From SAR324 cluster bacterium (GTDB lineage Bacteria; SAR324; XYD2-FULL-50-16), in assembly GCA_028282825.1 (NCBI GenBank), contig JANQGZ010000093.1, forward strand, positions 186,612-250,611: DNA of 64,000 nucleotides. Reading direction: 5' to 3'. Every line of letters begins with the position of its first letter. Position 1 is the first letter of the stretch. Positions 47,041 to 55,090 of this stretch are shown here, piece by piece. Below the pieces are notes generated by a model, which had not been told where the DNA came from, did not search any database, and worked only from the letters and a program-made list of their open reading frames with translations. The position numbers and the translations under genes are program-made.

Positions 47041-47916
47041 ATGGGAATTAAACGACGAAGCTTTCTCAAAGGCCTTGCCGGTGCGGGAGCGGGACTGACC
47101 GTTGCTCCGTTGTTTACCGGAAAAGCGCAGGCCAGAGAAGCTAAACTGGTACAGGACAGCCACGTCGGTATGCTTTATGATGCAACCCTTTGTATTGGTT
47201 GTAAAGCATGCGAGGTCGGTTGCAAAAAAGCAAACAACTTAGCTGTCGACTGGGATCCGACAAATACATTCGATGCTCCAAGGGACTTAAATGTCAATAC
47301 CTATAATATCATTAAACTCTATGACGGTCCTGAAGGAAGATCATTTGTAAAAAGGCAATGCATGCATTGTGTTGATCCAAGTTGTGTCTCCGGATGTCCA
47401 ACCAGTGCGCTGAACAAGGAAGAAAACGGGATTGTTTCTTATGACAAAGACGCCTGCTGCGGTTGTCGTTATTGTCAGATGAACTGTCCTTACAACATTC
47501 CTAAGTACCAGTGGGATGACTGGTATGGTGAAATCAAAAAATGCGAACTGTGTCGGGAAACCAATCTGATAACCAAAGGACAACCAGGCTGTACAGAATA
47601 CTGTCCGGCCGGTGCTGTTATCTACGGTAAGGTTAAAGACCTGTTGGCTGAAGCCAAATCACGCCTGCAAAAGAATCCATCAGCCTACGTCAACCAAATT
47701 TATGGTGAAAAAGATGGTGGTGGAACGTCTGTTCTATACCTGTCCAAAGTTCCTTTCGAAAAATTGGGACTACCTACCCTGCCCGATCATTCACAAGCAA
47801 GCGTGAGTGAAGGTATTCAGCATACGCTGTATCAAGGCCTGGTACTACCTGGAGTAGTTTATCTTGCCTTGGCCGGGTTAGCATTCAAGAACCGTTCTGG
47901 ACATAAGGAGGACTGA
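47041..47916 (+). CDS. hybA: HybA-type Tat-exported 4x[4Fe-4S] ferredoxin subunit
   Basis: 291 aa. Tat signal KRRSFLKGLAGAGAG. Four Cys clusters (CIGCKACEVGC, CMHCVDPSCVSGCP, CCGCRYCQMNCP, CELC...C..YCP). C-terminal TM helix. Confidence 0.9.
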   Translation: MGIKRRSFLKGLAGAGAGLTVAPLFTGKAQAREAKLVQDSHVGMLYDATLCIGCKACEVGCKKANNLAVDWDPTNTFDAPRDLNVNTYNIIKLYDGPEGRSFVKRQCMHCVDPSCVSGCPTSALNKEENGIVSYDKDACCGCRYCQMNCPYNIPKYQWDDWYGEIKKCELCRETNLITKGQPGCTEYCPAGAVIYGKVKDLLAEAKSRLQKNPSAYVNQIYGEKDGGGTSVLYLSKVPFEKLGLPTLPDHSQASVSEGIQHTLYQGLVLPGVVYLALAGLAFKNRSGHKED

Positions 47917-49061
47917 TGGAACATGAAAAGGCATTAGGCGGAAAGCTGGTTACCAGCAATACCGTCTTTTTAGGCGTGCTGTTCCTTATCTGCGCAGGAG
48001 TCCTTGCCTGGCGATATATCGCGGGGATCGGTCCTGTGTCCAATCTTACCGACCACCAGTCATGGGGGGTTTGGAAGGTTTTAGGCGTTCTGGTAGGAGC
48101 AGCTTTTGTTAACGGTGGTTATGTGACGGCCTTTCTGGTTTATATTTTTAACAAAGGTCAATACCATCGATTTGTAAGGCAGGCGGTTTTATTCTCATTA
48201 CTGGGATATTCGATCGCTGCTACATCACTGGTTTATGATACTGGGCGATATGTAAATTTGCTCAATTTCTTCGTCCCGAAATACATGCAGCCTAATTCAG
48301 CACTGTTTGAAGTAGGTATTTGTATTACGGTATACATTGTCGTGCTGGCAATTGAATTTCTACCCGGCTTTCTGGAAAAATTCATGCCTGAAGGCAAAGC
48401 ATCAAAAAACTTCGCAGCAAAACTCCACACATTCCTGGACAAGATTCTGTTCCTGACTGTTGGTTTTGGTGTTCTTCTGCCAACCATGCATCAGTCCGGT
48501 CTGGGTGCCCTCGCTTTACTAATGGGTCAAAAGATCAGCCTGTTGTGGCAAACACCTTGGGTGTCCTTCCTGTATGTGACATCATCCATCTTCATGGGAA
48601 CCTGTATCGTTGTTCTGGTTGATCTGCTTTATCACCAGAAAGATCTCAAAAAGAAGGAGTATTCAGGACTTTTGCACAAGATTCTGGGAGTCGGAATCTA
48701 CGTAGCTGTGTTCTGGATTATCTTCCGATTTGTTGAGATTATCCGACAGGGTGGAGCCCCGTTGTTGTATGATGTCGGCTTTCATTTCTTTTTCTTCTGG
48801 CTTGAAATGATTCTAATCGTGATCGGTATGATCGTACTTAGGAAGTCAAGTCCAAGAGCCATATTTACAGGTGCAAGTCTCATGCTGTCAGGTGGGTTAC
48901 TGTATAGAATTAACACCTACATTATCGGTTTTGAAGGGGCCCCGGGCCTGACCTACTTTCCTTCGATTCCGGAATTCTCGATTTCTGTCGGCATGTTTGC
49001 TTTACAATTCTTGATTTTCATTACACTTGTTAAAATCTTTCCAGTCGTTAGCCAAGAGTAG
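47916..49061 (+). CDS. hybB: HybB-type (NrfD/PsrC family) integral membrane quinone-interacting subunit
   Basis: 381-aa polytopic protein. Its position between hybA and the large subunit is as in the E. coli hybOABC operon. Confidence 0.85.
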   Translation: MEHEKALGGKLVTSNTVFLGVLFLICAGVLAWRYIAGIGPVSNLTDHQSWGVWKVLGVLVGAAFVNGGYVTAFLVYIFNKGQYHRFVRQAVLFSLLGYSIAATSLVYDTGRYVNLLNFFVPKYMQPNSALFEVGICITVYIVVLAIEFLPGFLEKFMPEGKASKNFAAKLHTFLDKILFLTVGFGVLLPTMHQSGLGALALLMGQKISLLWQTPWVSFLYVTSSIFMGTCIVVLVDLLYHQKDLKKKEYSGLLHKILGVGIYVAVFWIIFRFVEIIRQGGAPLLYDVGFHFFFFWLEMILIVIGMIVLRKSSPRAIFTGASLMLSGGLLYRINTYIIGFEGAPGLTYFPSIPEFSISVGMFALQFLIFITLVKIFPVVSQE

Positions 49062-49075
49062 CAGGAGAATAAATT

Positions 49076-50779
49076 ATGGGAAAAATTGTTACAATAGATC
49101 CAGTCACACGTATTGAGGGACATTTAAAGATCGACATAGAAGTGGCAAATGGTCGAGTGACCAATGCCTGGTCTTCCGGAACCATGTTCCGAGGAATTGA
49201 AATTATTCTGCAAGGTAGAGATCCGAGAGAAGCCTGGATGTTCACCCAGCGTTTTTGTGGGGTATGTACAACAGTACATGCCATTGCTTCTGTAAGAGCG
49301 GTTGAAAACGCCCTGAAGCTGGAAATCCCCAAAAACGCCCAGTATATTAGAAACCTGATCATGTCAGCGCATGCTATTCATGATCATATTGTTCATTTCT
49401 ATCATCTGACAGCTTTGGATTATGTAGATGTTGTTTCTGCAACAAAAGCTAATCCAAAAGCAGCTGCAAATCTGGCCCAGAGTATCTCCGGATGGAAGCG
49501 CAACACTGTTCATGAGTTCAAGGCTGTTCAGGATAAAGTTAAGGCTGTTGTTGCCAGTGGCCAGCTTGGTATTTTTGAGAACGGATACTGGGGTCACAAA
49601 GCGATGAAGCTGCCTCACGAGGTAAACCTGATTGCAGTAGCTCACTATCTCCAGGCTCTGGAATACCAGAGAAAGATAAACGATTGTGTGGGTCTGCTTG
49701 GAAGTAAAACGCCACATATTCAGAACCTGGCAGTTGGTGGTGTAGCCAACGCTATCAACCTGGATGATGAAACAGCTCTGAACATGACCCGACTGCTCAA
49801 AGTTAAGAACTTCTTTGACGAAGTAAGAGACTTTGTGAACCAGGTATACCTGGTAGACGTGGCAGCCGTTGGTGGTTTCTATCTCGATTGGGCCAAGTAT
49901 GGAAAAGGTGTAACCAACTATATGTCCGTACCTGAATTTCCGGTTGATGAAAGAGGAACCAAATTTGACGCCGTTGGTGGTGTCATCATGGGTGGTAATC
50001 TCTCAAAGGTTAAGGAAATCAAAACCTTTAATGATAAATATTTTGAGGACAATGTTCAGGAATCTATCGCCAGATCCTGGTATGATGGTAACTGGAGCAA
50101 GCATCCTTATGAAGAAACCACAGAGCCCAAGTACACTGGATACGATCGCAATAAAGAATACTCATTTGTTAAAGCTCCACGCTTCCAGGGCAAACCGATG
50201 CAGGTTGGTCCACTGGCTCAAGTACTGGCAGCTTATGCATTGGGTGACAAGCGAACCCAGAAGTACGTTGGTGCGGCAGTTGGAGCTATCAAGTCTATCC
50301 ATAAGCAAAACGTACCTCTCAGCGCTCTTAATTCGACTCTTGGTAGAGTTGCAGCCAGGGCTATTCGCTGTGCGGTTATCAATGACATGGCTCTCAAGCA
50401 TTGGAACGATCTGGTCAATAATCTTGCCAGTGGCGATACCGAGTACTTCAATCCTCCGGTCTTCCCGAAAGGTGAAGTTCAGGGATTTGGTTTTCATGAG
50501 GCTCCTCGGGGAACTCTGTCTCACTGGATTGTTATTGAAAACGGTAAGACCAAGAATTACCAGGCAGTTGTTCCCTCCACTTGGAATGCGGGTCCACGAG
50601 ACGAGAAAGGCCAGAAAGGTCCTTATGAGGCCAGCCTGATTGGAAATCCGATCGCAGACTCCAAACGACCATTGGAAGCCTTGAGAACTGTCCATAGTTT
50701 CGATCCTTGTCTTGCTTGCGCAATTCATGCTTTCGACCCCGATGGAAACGAATTGGGAGTTGTGGAAGTTAATGTGTAA
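49076..50779 (+). CDS. hybC: [NiFe]-hydrogenase large subunit (group 1)
   Basis: 567 aa. RIEGHLKI, the N-terminal Ni-ligand motif RFCGVCTTVH, and the C-terminal DPCLACAIH followed by a 16-aa tail of the kind removed by the maturation endopeptidase. Confidence 0.95.
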   Translation: MGKIVTIDPVTRIEGHLKIDIEVANGRVTNAWSSGTMFRGIEIILQGRDPREAWMFTQRFCGVCTTVHAIASVRAVENALKLEIPKNAQYIRNLIMSAHAIHDHIVHFYHLTALDYVDVVSATKANPKAAANLAQSISGWKRNTVHEFKAVQDKVKAVVASGQLGIFENGYWGHKAMKLPHEVNLIAVAHYLQALEYQRKINDCVGLLGSKTPHIQNLAVGGVANAINLDDETALNMTRLLKVKNFFDEVRDFVNQVYLVDVAAVGGFYLDWAKYGKGVTNYMSVPEFPVDERGTKFDAVGGVIMGGNLSKVKEIKTFNDKYFEDNVQESIARSWYDGNWSKHPYEETTEPKYTGYDRNKEYSFVKAPRFQGKPMQVGPLAQVLAAYALGDKRTQKYVGAAVGAIKSIHKQNVPLSALNSTLGRVAARAIRCAVINDMALKHWNDLVNNLASGDTEYFNPPVFPKGEVQGFGFHEAPRGTLSHWIVIENGKTKNYQAVVPSTWNAGPRDEKGQKGPYEASLIGNPIADSKRPLEALRTVHSFDPCLACAIHAFDPDGNELGVVEVNV

Positions 50780-51293
50780 TCAAACAGGCATCATCCTGGG
50801 TGTGGGAAATATCCTTCATTCGGACGACGGCATAGGAATCAAGATACTCAAGTATCTTGATTCTCAATACGAGTTTCCGGAAGGTGTTGACCTTATTGAC
50901 GGTGGAACCGTAGGGGCTCAATTGGATACCTCAATCGTCAACAGGGATTGGGTAATCATTGTTGATGCACTTGACGTCGAAGGCGACCCGGGAGAAGTAA
51001 AGGTATTATCCGGCGATACATTTATCAATAGACCGAGTTCAACCAAAATGTCGCCGCATCAGGTTGGTTTCCTGGATCTGATCCAACTCATGAAAATGGA
51101 AGGAACAGAACCCAAAGGAATTGACCTTATCGGTATCATCCCGGCAAACACCAATGATGGTTTCGAGATGACTCCCGAAGTTGATGACGCGATGGAGAAG
51201 GCTATCGATGCCTTAATTGAGATGTTGAAGCAAAAAGGGGTTACCCCGGTCAAACGGGACCCACCATTAAAGCCGGACTATTGGTGGCTATAA
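50772..51293 (+). CDS. hybD: Hydrogenase maturation endopeptidase (HybD/HyaD family)
   Basis: The conserved start is MCNQTGIILGVGNILHSDDGIGIKIL, with ATG 50772 overlapping the hybC stop by 8 nt. The longer ORF from 50712 lies inside hybC. Confidence 0.9.
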   Translation: MCNQTGIILGVGNILHSDDGIGIKILKYLDSQYEFPEGVDLIDGGTVGAQLDTSIVNRDWVIIVDALDVEGDPGEVKVLSGDTFINRPSSTKMSPHQVGFLDLIQLMKMEGTEPKGIDLIGIIPANTNDGFEMTPEVDDAMEKAIDALIEMLKQKGVTPVKRDPPLKPDYWWL

Positions 51294-51296
51294 AAC

Positions 51297-51326
51297 AAAA
51301 AACGGGAGTTCAGCTCCCGTTTTTTG
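51297..51326 (+). terminator. Rho-independent terminator of the hyb operon
   Basis: AAAAAACGGGAG-TTCAG-CTCCCGTTTTTT lies immediately after the hybD stop. The flanking A and T runs make it potentially bidirectional. Confidence 0.85.
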
Positions 51327-51551
51327 TTTGTCCAACCGTAACTCCCTCCATAGCTGCCGGACTTTTCAAAAAAATCCAAAGATGCAAACCTGACCCCAAA
51401 GCTGATCCAGCTAATCCGGGTTTCCAAATCAAAGTTGTGTTTTCAGGGTTGCTTTGGTAGATTTAGGCAATCAATGTGTAGACCTCTTAGAGGCCTGTGT
51501 TGTCTTTCCTTTCTTTTGAGTCCTTCTATAATAATATTCCCTAGAACACAA

Positions 51552-52760
51552 ATGATATCCGTTGAAGAAGCATTGAAGATTATTGTGGATAATGCAACTC
51601 CGCTTTCCACTCAAACGGTAGCGACTGAAAAAGCTCTTTCTTTTGTATCCGTCAACGACATTTTGGCTGATCGACCCCTGCCTCCCTTTAACCGGGTTGC
51701 CATGGATGGATATGCTGTTCGTTCTGCCGATTTCGATTCGCCGGAAGTTGAACTCAAATTGAAAGGGCAGGTACAAACCGGGATAGAAAGTGAGCTGGAA
51801 ATAGAAGCAGGGGAAGCTGTGAATATCATGACGGGTGCTCCTTGTCCCCAGGGGGCCGACGCTGTAGTCAAGGTTGAAAACTCGGAATTAAAAGGAGATA
51901 CAGTCATTCTGCGTGAAGAAAAGATGTATCCGGGCTTAAACGTCGCTATCAAAGGGGAAGATAAATCTCAAGGAGATCTGTTAGTCAGATCCGGAAAACC
52001 GCTTTCCGCTGCTGATATTGCCGTTGCTGCATCTGTTGGTCTTGCTGAAATCGAAGTGTACAAAAAACCACGAGTAAAAATCATCTCAACCGGAACAGAA
52101 ATCGTTCATCCGTCCGTGAAACCGTTACCCCACCAAATTCGGGATTGTAATTCTTATAGTTTGCGGACTATGTGCAATCGTTATCAATTAGACAATGAGT
52201 TTTTAGGCATTGGTGAGGATGATGAAGAAGTTTTGTCCGGTTTGATTCAAAAAGGACTCGACTCTGAAATTTTGTTGCTTTCCGGTGGCGTTTCCATGGG
52301 AGATTACGACCATGTACCAAACCTGTTAGCCGGTAATGGCGTTAAAAAAATCTTTCATAAAATCAAAGTAAAACCGGGAAAGCCAGTTTGGTTTGGAAAA
52401 ACAGATAACGGCACCTATGTTTTCGGATTGCCCGGGAATCCGGTTTCTGTTCAAACCTGTTTTCGAATTTTTGTTGAACCTCTGATCAAAAAGCTGTCCG
52501 GGTACATGCAACCTCATCACATGTTCCTGAAATTACCATTAAGCGAAGACGCCAAATCTAAAACGCCACGCGACCACTATACACCAGGGAAGATTAAGGC
52601 AACTGCATCGGCGACTGAAATAGAACCTGTTTATATAAGAGGTAGTGGTGACTTTTCAAACTTTGCAGAAAGCCAGGGATTGTTCTTAATGCCGGGATCC
52701 AAAAGAATTCTGAAGAAAGGAGAATTGGTCGATTTTCTACCCTGGAGTGATACCTGGTAG
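51552..52760 (+). CDS. moeA: Molybdopterin molybdenumtransferase MoeA
   Basis: The conserved protein starts MISVEEALKII... (ATG 51552). PPFNRVAMDGYAV, VISTGTE-like IISTGTEI and LSGGVSMGDYD motifs. Confidence 0.9.
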   Translation: MISVEEALKIIVDNATPLSTQTVATEKALSFVSVNDILADRPLPPFNRVAMDGYAVRSADFDSPEVELKLKGQVQTGIESELEIEAGEAVNIMTGAPCPQGADAVVKVENSELKGDTVILREEKMYPGLNVAIKGEDKSQGDLLVRSGKPLSAADIAVAASVGLAEIEVYKKPRVKIISTGTEIVHPSVKPLPHQIRDCNSYSLRTMCNRYQLDNEFLGIGEDDEEVLSGLIQKGLDSEILLLSGGVSMGDYDHVPNLLAGNGVKKIFHKIKVKPGKPVWFGKTDNGTYVFGLPGNPVSVQTCFRIFVEPLIKKLSGYMQPHHMFLKLPLSEDAKSKTPRDHYTPGKIKATASATEIEPVYIRGSGDFSNFAESQGLFLMPGSKRILKKGELVDFLPWSDTW

Positions 52761-52794
52761 GATCACAGCTCCGAACAGGAATCTCTATGGAACC

Positions 52795-52829
52795 CTGACA
52801 GATCCTTCACATCCGTTCAGGATGACACC
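52795..52829 (-). repeat. Compact copy of the dispersed repeat GGTGTCATCCTGAACGGATGTGAAGGATCTGTCAG
   Basis: The minus-strand reading of 52795-52829 contains both halves found separately at 43755-43768 and 43862-43876. It lies between moeA and the cytochrome gene. Confidence 0.65.
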
Positions 52830-52889
52830 TAATCAAGATTTGCTTAGCCAAGTAACTCTGCGTCAGGTACTCATCCCAAAAATCTGATT

Positions 52890-54593
52890 ATGAAACACAT
52901 CGTCATCTTTTTTTTCCTATTCCTGCCAGGCGTTCTTTTGGCTGAGAAATGCACGAATTGCCACAAAGAGCAATTTGCTTTTTCCCGGTTTCACGGACCA
53001 AACGTGGTTTCTTGCGAGCAATGTCACGGCGGAAATCCGGAAGCTGATCATAAAGAAATAGCCCACCTGGGTTTGGAAGCTTATCCCGGAAGGATGAAAA
53101 CGCTCGATAAATCCTGCGGACAAAGCCAGTGCCACGCAGAGCTTGTTCCGATGGTCGAAAACTCGATCATGAATACTTTGGATGGCATGCTGTCAGTCAC
53201 TCGTGAAATCTACGAAGACGAAAATCCACCCCATCGCAATAGGACTGTAGCAGAGCGATTGACTAACAGTCGCTCTGATCAGTATTTACGAAAACTCTGC
53301 GTTCGCTGTCATTTGGGATCAGAACGAAAAAACCATCAACAATCTTTCAAAGATCGAGGTGGAGGATGCTCAGCCTGTCATTTGCAAACCTTTGCTGCCA
53401 AAGAGACTCCTCCTGGCTTGAATGACGATCCAAATATCACGGGTATAGGAAAAACCCACCCAACACTGACAATTCAAATGTCGAATGATCGTTGCTTCGG
53501 TTGCCATGCCGGCTCCGGAAGAATCTCATTGAACTACCTGGGTTGGGCCGAGACCGAAAAAATCGATGAATCACGGATGAAGGATTTTGGCTATCTTTAT
53601 GATAATCGCCTGGTTGAACGAAAAGTGGCTGATATTCATCACACTGCGGGCATGTCTTGCATAGATTGCCACACCGGCACAGGACTGATGGGAACTGGTG
53701 AACGAGTTGATTTCCTGCGAGAACAAAACGATATCAGCTGTGACGATTGCCATGCGCCGGAAACGGCTAAAAAATCGATCAATAGTCTGACTCCCAGGGA
53801 AAGAAAATATTTCAGCCTATATAAGGATAGGATTGATATTTCAGCATCCGACGAGGTATTGGTTACTGAGAGGTTTAAATCGCCGCTTTATCATGTAAAT
53901 CAACTTGAGGGAAAGCGAGTGCTGGTAACTAAATTAACAGGCAAACGTCTTGAAATACCCTTAACCAGTGAAAAGTACTATCACACGGTTTCCGGTCACG
54001 AACGCTTGACTTGCGATAGCTGCCATACTGCCTGGGCATCTCAGTGTTACGGCTGTCACGTGGATTATAAGGCGGATGAAACTCAAGTTGACCACATTAA
54101 AAGAATAAGAACCCCTGGCAGATGGGTGGAGACAAGATGGTATGTGGAAAGTGAATTACCAGCCTTGGGAGTCAAGGATGGCAAGAAGGTAACCACTTTC
54201 GTACCGGGTATGAACATGATTGTGGAACAGACTTCCCAAACCAAGGCCATGAAGAAGCAGATCTTTTCCGCAACTTCAGCCCACACAACTCAAAAAGCTG
54301 GTCGTTCCTGCGCCAGTTGTCATCAATCAGAAGAAGCTCTAGGCATCATCACCGGTTGGGTGGCACATCCTGACCATCCGGAGTGGACTACTCCCATCGG
54401 TTGGATCTCCAAAAATCAAAAGCAACCCGGAATTGGAACCAAACCCGACGACCGAAGTTTCAATAAAAAGGAGATTTTCAAAATCAAACAGGTTGGGTTG
54501 TGTTTAAATTGCCATAAAGATCAGGATAGTATCTACCAGAATTACCAACATGCTATTAAGAACCTGACTCCCCAGTGTATCCTTTCCGAATAA
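52890..54593 (+). CDS. Secreted multiheme c-type cytochrome (11 CxxCH + 1 CxxxxCH)
   Basis: 567 aa. Signal peptide MKHIVIFFFLFLPGVLLA. Heme motifs: CTNCH, CEQCH, CGQSQCH (53115-53135), CVRCH, CSACH, CFGCH, CIDCH, CDDCH, CDSCH, CYGCH, CASCH, CLNCH. Confidence 0.85.
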   Translation: MKHIVIFFFLFLPGVLLAEKCTNCHKEQFAFSRFHGPNVVSCEQCHGGNPEADHKEIAHLGLEAYPGRMKTLDKSCGQSQCHAELVPMVENSIMNTLDGMLSVTREIYEDENPPHRNRTVAERLTNSRSDQYLRKLCVRCHLGSERKNHQQSFKDRGGGCSACHLQTFAAKETPPGLNDDPNITGIGKTHPTLTIQMSNDRCFGCHAGSGRISLNYLGWAETEKIDESRMKDFGYLYDNRLVERKVADIHHTAGMSCIDCHTGTGLMGTGERVDFLREQNDISCDDCHAPETAKKSINSLTPRERKYFSLYKDRIDISASDEVLVTERFKSPLYHVNQLEGKRVLVTKLTGKRLEIPLTSEKYYHTVSGHERLTCDSCHTAWASQCYGCHVDYKADETQVDHIKRIRTPGRWVETRWYVESELPALGVKDGKKVTTFVPGMNMIVEQTSQTKAMKKQIFSATSAHTTQKAGRSCASCHQSEEALGIITGWVAHPDHPEWTTPIGWISKNQKQPGIGTKPDDRSFNKKEIFKIKQVGLCLNCHKDQDSIYQNYQHAIKNLTPQCILSE

Positions 54594-55090
54594 ACCACAA
54601 TATTTCATTAGTTTTCATCGCCAACTATATCCACGCCTCCAAATCGATCAATTCCCCCTCCTTGTCACAAATCTCTTGTTTACCAGTCGTCGTTTATTAT
54701 CTTTGAGAAATAGGATCTGAGTGGATTCGTATGTGTCCTTCACCATGCGATCGACCTTCCTGCCATTGGTGTTGTAAAAAACTTTGGTTAATTATCAAGT
54801 CTACCAGTGATTAAGCTGTTGTTTTCTTTAATAAAAAAACAAAAACTTGAGCAAGACACTTTTTAGTCGGCAATTTCTGTTGTGTTATTTGGTTGTTATT
54901 ACTTAACTCTCAAGTTGGTTTTTTAGTGAATCAAATGCTAGAATCTTAACAAGAAAGGTAGAACGATCACTCCGCAATATTCATCTCCAACAGCAAACAC
55001 CGGAAGATCAGTTCTTTAATTGAGTGATTCGTGGGTTTTGAAACAAAGGCGTTAGTGGCAGCCGACTTAATAATAAACAAATAAGACAAC

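Noticed and set aside
49944-50728. 231-aa (plus strand) and 188-aa (minus strand) ORFs inside hybC
   Set aside because: These are alternative-frame or antisense ORFs within the hydrogenase large-subunit gene. They have no motifs and no RBS.
50700-50779. Possible selenocysteine ([NiFeSe]) in the large-subunit C-terminal motif
   Set aside because: The motif reads DPCLACAIH with ordinary TGT/TGC Cys codons and no in-frame TGA, so this is a standard [NiFe] enzyme.
51294-51551. Possible Moco riboswitch upstream of moeA
   Set aside because: I looked for the conserved Moco-motif elements and a convincing multi-stem fold in the 258-nt leader and recognised none. Only the hyb terminator and a 4-bp hairpin are present. 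A covariance-model scan would be needed to exclude it formally.
54630-54790. Possible minus-strand gene remnant downstream of the cytochrome gene
   Set aside because: Hand translation gives only a ~50-codon open stretch bounded by stops, with one internal Met (a 32-aa product). This is too short and featureless to call.
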